Below, piece by piece: positions 1-6,426 of a stretch of 31,276 nucleotides of DNA. A program made the translations under genes and the position numbers. The DNA comes from a virus (taxonomy: Duplodnaviria; Caudoviricetes): positions 1 to 31,276 of IMG/VR virus record IMGVR_UViG_3300020045_005261; one strand, given 5' to 3'. Below the pieces are notes generated by a model, which saw nothing but the letters and a program-made list of their open reading frames with translations, was not told the DNA's origin and made no database searches. Position 1 is the stretch's first letter. Every line of letters starts with the position of its first letter.

Positions 1-77
1 TATTAATATAATAATAAATAAAAATATCATTTTATTGTAAAATAATATTAGTAATATTCATTTTAATTCTTTTATTA
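1..77. repeat. Perfect inverted repeat, copy 1 (partner 2668-2744); may extend past the window edge
   Basis: Reverse complement of 1-77 is identical to 2668-2744, checked base by base. Confidence 0.95.
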
Positions 78-184
78 ATTTACATAAAGATATCAATTGT
101 AAGATTGAATATATTATTCCCTTGAGAAAGGAATTCTGCTACGTGGAAATACAGATAAAAATATTGCAGACTGTATAATATAAA

Positions 185-340
185 TGAGTTCTCAGCAAGT
201 AGTTAATAAAGTGATATATAAGTCATCACACCAATTGGTAAGACAATAGGTTGCAACTGTGCTAACTACGTGACCCTACTCTTATAGTCCTTAATATATT
301 GGATGAATACGTTATAAGTAATAAGACAAGAGGGTGCTCA
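185..340 (+). ncRNA. Putative structured non-coding RNA
   Basis: Elevated GC. Pairings TGAG185/CTCA337, TTCTC189/GAGGG330, GTAGTTA199/TAACTAC263, GTGAT211/ATCAC225, CTTATAG281/TTATAAG312. Confidence 0.45.
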
Positions 341-386
341 AATTATTTTATTTCATAGTTAAATAATTTAAATTAATAAATGATTT

Positions 387-426
387 ATAACCTGTAGATT
401 TAATTATTTACAGGTTATTTTTATTT
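387..426 (+). terminator. Intrinsic terminator
   Basis: ATAACCTGTAGAT(387-399)/ATTTACAGGTTAT(406-418) stem followed by a T-rich tract. Confidence 0.7.
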
Positions 427-614
427 AAAACCTTTGTTAACCCTTGTGGTTGTTGGGATTGTGAATTCTATGTTAGTCATATCCCCACACATTTACCCAT
501 TAAACTACAACTCCAGTTATACAACTATAAATATAGTTATAGCTTTTACATAAATATTATAACCAATTTAACTGTATATTTCAAATCAATATTAACAACT
601 AAATTATACAAATT

Positions 615-839
615 ATGAACATGATTTTAATAATATTATCAATTTATATACTATTATTTATAATAGGTTTCTATTTATTACGTTATTTAAATGGTTATTA
701 TACAATTAAAAGCTCTGAAATTATTCAAGAAGGCGATATAACTCGAAATGACAACAAAGAAATAATAGGTAAATATTACTATATTAAAACTATTTATAAA
801 AATAATAGAATAATTATTAAAAAGAAGGAATTTATATAA
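615..839 (+). CDS. Small membrane protein, hypothetical
   Basis: 74 aa, hydrophobic N-terminal helix, CAAATTATG leader. Confidence 0.65.
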   Translation: MNMILIILSIYILLFIIGFYLLRYLNGYYTIKSSEIIQEGDITRNDNKEIIGKYYYIKTIYKNNRIIIKKKEFI

Positions 840-922
840 CTAATTCAATTAAGTTATTCTACATATATTTACACACAATTTATTACAAATTTAAACTAAT
901 TACTAACTAAATCATACAAATT

Positions 923-1093
923 ATGAACAATTATTTAAAAATAAGTATAATATTATTCTGTATTTATATGTTATCTTATACATTAATAGATCATTATATT
1001 ATTAAACAAGGTATTCAATGGGGTTATAATTTAACATTAGCAATTATATTTTCATTAATAGTTTCAAAATTAATTACACCTAATAACAACTAA
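923..1093 (+). CDS. Small two-TM hypothetical protein (56 aa, not in ORF track)
   Basis: MNNYLKISIILFCIYMLSY...LTLAIIFSLIVSKL; same CAAATTATG leader. Confidence 0.6.
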   Translation: MNNYLKISIILFCIYMLSYTLIDHYIIKQGIQWGYNLTLAIIFSLIVSKLITPNNN

Positions 1094-1100
1094 ACAAATT

Positions 1101-1181
1101 ATGAAAAACTTTGACAATATTATTACCAATATATCCTTATGGTTATATGGTAAACGACAACCAATGTGGACATTTCAATAA
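1101..1181 (+). CDS. 26-aa micro-ORF
   Basis: MKNFDNIITNISLWLYGKRQPMWTFQ with the consensus leader. Confidence 0.4.
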   Translation: MKNFDNIITNISLWLYGKRQPMWTFQ

Positions 1182-1196
1182 CTAAAATATAATATT

Positions 1197-1391
1197 ATGT
1201 CAACATATTCAAATGAACCACAACAAACTAAATGGGAAATATGGTTTGTAACATCAATAATATTATTTATATCAATGATGCTATGGGGAACTTGTGAAAA
1301 TTCACAAAATTTACCCATAATATACAACGGATTATTATTAGCAACACTTGTTAATTTAGTTTATTGTGTATATGAAGGTTTACAAAAATAA
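1197..1391 (+). CDS. Small two-TM hypothetical protein
   Basis: 64 aa with two hydrophobic segments. Confidence 0.65.
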   Translation: MSTYSNEPQQTKWEIWFVTSIILFISMMLWGTCENSQNLPIIYNGLLLATLVNLVYCVYEGLQK

Positions 1392-1395
1392 TATT

Positions 1396-1479
1396 ATGAA
1401 ACAATTCATAATTAAATCAATAATATCTTTATTTATAATAACAATTGTTATTTATATATTTAAAGATATACTAATATAA
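1396..1479 (+). CDS. 27-aa hydrophobic micro-ORF
   Basis: MKQFIIKSIISLFIITIVIYIFKDILI; starts 4 nt after the previous stop. Confidence 0.4.
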   Translation: MKQFIIKSIISLFIITIVIYIFKDILI

Positions 1480-1697
1480 ATCACTTGCTTGAAAATAAAC
1501 AAATATAAGTTATCTCCATTATTAAAGCCTCTGTAGAAATACAAGTATCTTAATGTAGAAATAGGTAACCTTTAAAAATATTAACTGTACTAGCAGTTGT
1601 GTTTAATATGTAAAGATATTAATGTAAAAGCGAAAAGTACTATACGGAAATTCTTCTTAACTTAATTAATATTCTACTAGATATAGACAAGTGATTT
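1478..1697 (+). ncRNA. Putative structured RNA closed by a 10-bp stem
   Basis: AAATCACTTG(1478-1487)/CAAGTGATTT(1688-1697); internal GTTATCT/AGGTAAC and AACTG/CAGTT stems; no long ORF. Confidence 0.35.
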
Positions 1698-1705
1698 TTT
1701 AATAC

Positions 1706-1951
1706 AAACTACTCACTGAAGATAAATAGTAATACTTTCGAACATGGGGTCAGTAAGGTCTGATATGCAGCTGTTCTCGCAAGGAATAAGCAATCAAAAC
1801 CAAATAGAGGATGCGTTAGCTCTATTAGTATTACAGTTATGCTAAGATGATGTTATTTATTGTAAGATATATTAAAACATTAAAACTCCCTTGATAAGTT
1901 GGGTGAAGGAGTACCAACAATATATTCCACTTAGAAATGGATGAGTAGTTT
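1706..1951 (+). ncRNA. Putative structured RNA with a pseudoknot
   Basis: AAACTACTCA(1706-1715)/TGAGTAGTTT(1942-1951); internal hairpins; ACTCC/GGAGT crossing GTTGG/CCAAC. Confidence 0.45.
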
Positions 1952-1991
1952 TTAAAATAATAATTTTAACTAACAAAATAAATAATAATAT

Positions 1992-2129
1992 ATGATAAGA
2001 AATAAAATAGAAAAATGGATTCTTTCAGAACATCATGTAAAGAATCCAACACTAGTATTTATATTAACATTATTCTCAGCATTTATTATATTGGGATGTA
2101 TGTTATTTTATATTGCATATATGAATTAA
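1992..2129 (+). CDS. 45-aa single-TM protein (not in ORF track)
   Basis: MIRNKIEKWILSEHHVKNPTLVFILTLFSAFIILGCMLFYIAYMN. Confidence 0.55.
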   Translation: MIRNKIEKWILSEHHVKNPTLVFILTLFSAFIILGCMLFYIAYMN

Positions 2130-2196
2130 ACACTGACATAGACAAAAGTCTTTGAAGAAGAGTAGCATATAATAAGTCTTAGTTTGCTACACAACT

Positions 2197-2231
2197 AACC
2201 ACTAAGGTTAATAATTAGTCTTAGTGGTTTT
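2197..2231 (+). terminator. Intrinsic terminator-like hairpin
   Basis: AACCACTAAG(2197-2206)/CTTAGTGGTT(2220-2229) followed by Ts. Confidence 0.55.
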
Positions 2232-2323
2232 ATAATATTGTCCACATTTAATAGTATTTAAGGGACATTAAAGATTAAATATTATATTTTAAAATAAATA
2301 AATTAACTAAATAAATTAAAATT

Positions 2324-2713
2324 ATGAACACAGAAAAATTTACAACAGTAACTTATCAATTAGAAAATGGTACAAAAATTGTACAACCTATTAACAAACA
2401 AGCTTTTGTTGATGAAAAAGGTCGTAAAAGAACAGAAGCACAACTTCATAAATTATTTCAAGACACCGCTTGGGATAAGAGAGCTGTCAAATATACAATT
2501 GATTCTGAAACAGATGATTCATCAACAACAGAAAAAGAAATTCACTTCACTAAAAATGAAAGAAAAGTAGCCAAAAGAGATTATAAAGATTTTCAAAAAT
2601 CTAATCCAAACGGATTTAAACAATCGTTGAAATCTTTTCAAAAACAATTTGTTGATGCAGTAACAAATAATAAAAGAATTAAAATGAATATTACTAATAT
2701 TATTTTACAATAA
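2324..2713 (+). CDS. Hypothetical protein
   Basis: 129 aa, consensus leader, codon usage like the other genes. Confidence 0.8.
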   Translation: MNTEKFTTVTYQLENGTKIVQPINKQAFVDEKGRKRTEAQLHKLFQDTAWDKRAVKYTIDSETDDSSTTEKEIHFTKNERKVAKRDYKDFQKSNPNGFKQSLKSFQKQFVDAVTNNKRIKMNITNIILQ

Positions 2714-2744
2714 AATGATATTTTTATTTATTATTATATTAATA
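2668..2744. repeat. Perfect inverted repeat, copy 2 (partner 1-77)
   Basis: 77/77 identity to the reverse complement of the window start. Confidence 0.95.
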
Positions 2745-2776
2745 ATAATTGCAATAGAAGAAAATTAATAATCTTA

Positions 2777-3016
2777 AATTAAATCACCTAATCCTTAAAA
2801 TGGCTAGGAATAAGTTAACAATATCAATAAATAAGTCAAGAAGCTATTTATAGTGAAATTGTAATTCTTTAGGATATTATACAACAAAATTTACAAGAGT
2901 TAACCTTATTAAAATATTAAAATTTCATTGTTAGTACGTTTATTAACCGAAAAGAATTATTACAATTTTAATATTATAAATAAGTAATTAACGCCACTTG
3001 TTTAGGTGATTTAATT
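2777..3016 (+). ncRNA. Putative structured RNA closed by a 15-bp stem
   Basis: AATTAAATCACCTAA(2777-2791)/TTAGGTGATTTAATT(3002-3016); internal complementary tracts; no long ORF. Confidence 0.35.
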
Positions 3017-3036
3017 AAACTAAAACTAAAACAATT

Positions 3037-3357
3037 ATGACAACAGTTACAACATTACAAAAAGCAGGTTATTCAGGTGTTAAAGTAACTTCTATGACTA
3101 AAGCTATTGAATCTCAAGAAATATTTAAACATTTAAGATTAGTTCAACAAAATGAATTTAGTAAAATTAAGAATAAATATAATAAAGTTGGTTATTTAAC
3201 ACAACCTTATTTTAGTTATCTTTGGAATTTATATTGGAACTTTGTATTAAATGATTTTAGATTTGAAGATAAATCTAAAAATTGGTCAGTTCCAATTAAA
3301 CAAAAGAAAATTAAAGTTGAACACATTGGTTTAATTATGTTGAAAAATTTAAAATAA
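3037..3357 (+). CDS. Hypothetical basic protein
   Basis: 106 aa ORF with ACAATTATG leader. Confidence 0.75.
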   Translation: MTTVTTLQKAGYSGVKVTSMTKAIESQEIFKHLRLVQQNEFSKIKNKYNKVGYLTQPYFSYLWNLYWNFVLNDFRFEDKSKNWSVPIKQKKIKVEHIGLIMLKNLK

Positions 3358-3362
3358 CAATT

Positions 3363-3461
3363 ATGAAAACAATGTGTAAATTACAATTTCCTAATGGTGA
3401 AATAGTTTCAACTCATTTATGGAATCAAATAGATTTAAATAATGCTTTAAAAAATAACTAA
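3363..3461 (+). CDS. 32-aa micro-ORF
   Basis: MKTMCKLQFPNGEIVSTHLWNQIDLNNALKNN; fills the gap, consensus leader. Confidence 0.45.
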   Translation: MKTMCKLQFPNGEIVSTHLWNQIDLNNALKNN

Positions 3462-3472
3462 AAATAACAAAA

Positions 3473-4129
3473 ATGAAAACAAAATTATTACTATTTATCG
3501 CAATAATGTCAATGACTCTGACTTTTGCACAATCAAAACAAGTAGATAAACTATTAAATAATTCTGAAAAAGGAGTTACTACAGTTTATAAAGACGGTAC
3601 AGCTGTTGTAAAGACAGTTTATAATGATGCTAAATCATTATCTCCTAAAATAGAATCTGCTATCAAATCATTAGCAACTGAGCTTAAAACAACTACAAAT
3701 GCTTTGTGGGATATATTAGTAAGACAGCAATTAGTTTGGTCTATTGGATTTTTAATCTTAACATTAACTTCTATATTTAATTGGTATTTATTTTATAAAC
3801 GTAATTTAAATATTAAATTAACAGAAAATGATTTTGTTAAAGGTAAAAAAATATTTAAAGAATCAATTAACAACCCAGATTATTCTAGTTACGCAAGTTT
3901 AAATGATGTTAGAGGTCAAAGATATTTATTTAAAGATGCTACAGAAGAAGAAATTTTAATACCTATAATTAATTCTAATAATATTTGGTTTAAATGGCTA
4001 CACTTAATAATTTGTTTAAGTTTATCATTATTAAGTATTTATCATTTTTCTAATATGTTAACGGGTTTTATAAATCCAGAATTTGGTGCATTAAAAACTA
4101 TTGCAGAAATTGCAATTAAATTAAAATAA
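3473..4129 (+). CDS. Membrane protein with signal peptide
   Basis: MKTKLLLFIAIMSMTLTFA-Q signal peptide plus two internal TM segments. Confidence 0.8.
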   Translation: MKTKLLLFIAIMSMTLTFAQSKQVDKLLNNSEKGVTTVYKDGTAVVKTVYNDAKSLSPKIESAIKSLATELKTTTNALWDILVRQQLVWSIGFLILTLTSIFNWYLFYKRNLNIKLTENDFVKGKKIFKESINNPDYSSYASLNDVRGQRYLFKDATEEEILIPIINSNNIWFKWLHLIICLSLSLLSIYHFSNMLTGFINPEFGALKTIAEIAIKLK

Positions 4130-4145
4130 TTAAAAATTAAAAATT

Positions 4146-4370
4146 ATGGAAACATTTGTAATAATATTAATAGTATTAACAACTATGATTATTTGTTATT
4201 ATATTAACAGATATATTGTAAAAGTTGTTAATAAAACTGATTATAGTTGGGAAGAAGTAAAAACAAATTTATTAATGAGTATATTTATACCAGTATCATT
4301 TGTATATTGGATAATATATATTATTAATATTATACCTTCACTTCCTGAACGACCACCAAAATGGTTGTAA
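4146..4370 (+). CDS. Small two-TM protein
   Basis: 74 aa, two hydrophobic helices. Confidence 0.7.
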   Translation: METFVIILIVLTTMIICYYINRYIVKVVNKTDYSWEEVKTNLLMSIFIPVSFVYWIIYIINIIPSLPERPPKWL

Positions 4371-4382
4371 ACTAATTAAAAT

Positions 4383-4466
4383 ACTAACGTGGTGGAATGC
4401 ATACACGCAAGACTTAAACTCTTGTGATCTTAATAGGTCATGCCAGTTCAAATCTGGTCGTTAGTA
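4383..4466 (+). tRNA. trnL: tRNA-Leu(UAA), class II, no encoded CCA
   Basis: Acceptor ACTAACG/CGTTAGT+A; anticodon arm CAAGA-CTTAAAC-TCTTG; variable arm TGATCT/AGGTCA; T arm GCCAG-TTCAAAT-CTGGT. Confidence 0.9.
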
Positions 4467-4506
4467 CAAACTGTATTTCATAATTGTAGTTTAGTTAGTT
4501 TAGTTG

Positions 4507-4559
4507 ATAAATATGGGTGAAAGAGATGTCAAACAGCTTGAGTAACCCATATTTATTTT
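4507..4559 (+). other. Hairpin with a GAA/AGTA internal loop; terminator-like or 3' end of an sRNA
   Basis: ATAAATATGGGT(4507-4518)/ACCCATATTTAT(4545-4556), then TTT. Confidence 0.55.
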
Positions 4560-4619
4560 AAATAACAAAATTATATTATGAATAATAAAATAACAAATAA
4601 TAACTAATTAATAAAAATT

Positions 4620-5828
4620 ATGGAATATATTAAAAAAGAAGAGTTAATTAAAGGTAAAATTTATACTCATCAAAATGGTAATATTTGTAGATATGATCAA
4701 ATTGTTAATAACTCTATTATTGGTAAACATCTTGGTTATAATAAAAGTGAATTTAGAAAACCACCTAATAATTTAGGTAATTTCAACATTGATGAAATGA
4801 AATTATCAACACCTGAAGAAAAACATTGGTTGGAAATTTGTATAAATGCTGATAAATTTATAGAATATAATAAAGCTATGAAAAGTTTTATTCCTGAATA
4901 TGTTGAATGTATTGTAGGATATTCAGGTATGACAAATATATCTGCAAAAATTGGTAAAATTTATAAAACATCTGAAGAACCAGAATTTTCAATTTATAAA
5001 TGGGATTATTTATTTAAAAATCATTTACATAAATTCAAATCGTCAACAAAAAAAGCTTATGATGCTCAATTTATTGTTAAAGAGCCTGAATTTATATTAC
5101 CTGAGAAATGGTATATTAAAACAAATTTAGATAATTTAACTATTATTTCAAATTGGTTTAATAAAAATAAACAAAATAATATAGATGATTATCATACATT
5201 AAGAAAAGATGGAATAACTCCAGTTTATGAACAATTATGTTTTCCTGGAATTGTTAAATATAGTGTTACATATCATGGTTTACCAAATAATATGTTAGAT
5301 AATACTTATAAAGAAATAACTTTTGAACAATTCAAAAAATATGTTTTAAAAGATGAAACTATTAAAGAAAAAATTATCGAACCATTACCACAATTTAAAG
5401 TAATTGAAACAATTGAAACAATTACTAAAGTTGAAAATAACGAAGGTAATCAATTCTTTATTGGAGATATTGTTAAATCAGATAAAAATGCTATTTATAA
5501 TATTGTAGGATTTAAATATAATATTAATAAAACAGATATTATAGCATTGGTTACAAAATCTCCTTTAATGGGTATTAGTATTAATAAAATTGAACATTAT
5601 ATTGAATCTAAAGTTGAAAAAGTTGTAATTGAAGAAACTTTATTAGAAAAAGCTAAAAGATTGTATCCTATTGGTACTGAATTTAATGCAGCTAGAGGGA
5701 CTAAAAATTATTATAAAGTAAGAAATAATTCTGAATTTAAAGAAATGCCTGATGGTGCAATCTGTATAGAATTGTATGGAAACGGAACTATTTATTATGA
5801 TGGTAATTGGGGAGAAATTATAAAATAA
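4620..5828 (+). CDS. Hypothetical multi-module phage protein
   Basis: 402 aa ORF; no catalytic motif recognised. Confidence 0.85.
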   Translation: MEYIKKEELIKGKIYTHQNGNICRYDQIVNNSIIGKHLGYNKSEFRKPPNNLGNFNIDEMKLSTPEEKHWLEICINADKFIEYNKAMKSFIPEYVECIVGYSGMTNISAKIGKIYKTSEEPEFSIYKWDYLFKNHLHKFKSSTKKAYDAQFIVKEPEFILPEKWYIKTNLDNLTIISNWFNKNKQNNIDDYHTLRKDGITPVYEQLCFPGIVKYSVTYHGLPNNMLDNTYKEITFEQFKKYVLKDETIKEKIIEPLPQFKVIETIETITKVENNEGNQFFIGDIVKSDKNAIYNIVGFKYNINKTDIIALVTKSPLMGISINKIEHYIESKVEKVVIEETLLEKAKRLYPIGTEFNAARGTKNYYKVRNNSEFKEMPDGAICIELYGNGTIYYDGNWGEIIK

Positions 5829-5851
5829 TTAATAACAAATAAATAAAAATT

Positions 5852-6130
5852 ATGAAAACAGATCAAACAAAAGTATTTTTTAAATACTCAGAAAATGGAA
5901 CAATTACAGCAGTTGCTAAAAACATTCAAACAAATGAAGAAGTTGTAACTAGAGAAGTGAAACTTCGTCACAGTGATACACCAAACAAAATTGTTGGTAG
6001 AAAGTATGCATTTAAAAAACTAATGGATCATAGCTTAGTTAATAACTTATTACCTAAATCTGAAATTGGTGCATTATGGAAACTATTTGGTTCCACTTGT
6101 AAACAACCTAATCAAAAATTAGCTTATTAA
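5852..6130 (+). CDS. Hypothetical protein
   Basis: 92 aa, consensus leader. Confidence 0.8.
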   Translation: MKTDQTKVFFKYSENGTITAVAKNIQTNEEVVTREVKLRHSDTPNKIVGRKYAFKKLMDHSLVNNLLPKSEIGALWKLFGSTCKQPNQKLAY

Positions 6131-6132
6131 TT

Positions 6133-6378
6133 ATGAAAGTTTACAAATATTATACAAAAGATGGTCATTTAATGAAACAAGGTGAAATTATGTATAGAAT
6201 TTGTGATAGTTCAGGTAAAAAATTTGATAAACCTGAAAAAATAAATTTTAATTATAATACAGGTTATAATCATTTATGGATTTCAAATGATAATCAAAAA
6301 TGTCAACCTCATTTAAATCCATATCACCCTAATCATTTACACTTTTATAATTACGATAATGCATTAAAACATATCTGA
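6133..6378 (+). CDS. Hypothetical protein
   Basis: 81 aa, tightly packed with neighbours. Confidence 0.7.
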   Translation: MKVYKYYTKDGHLMKQGEIMYRICDSSGKKFDKPEKINFNYNTGYNHLWISNDNQKCQPHLNPYHPNHLHFYNYDNALKHI

Positions 6379-6426
6379 TTTTAATTACATATAGTTTTAA
6401 AATATGACTCATTTTAAAACAATTAT

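Noticed and set aside
164-290. Group I intron P7-like pair (CAGACT / TATAGTCC)
   Set aside because: No AAGA J8/7 segment, no convincing P/Q elements and no interrupted gene
1706-1745. Hammerhead-like CTGAAGA core
   Set aside because: Followed by GAAC, not GAAA, and no stem III or NUH site before the partner strand
2367-2570. 67-aa + strand ORF
   Set aside because: Nested out of frame in the better-supported 2324-2713 gene
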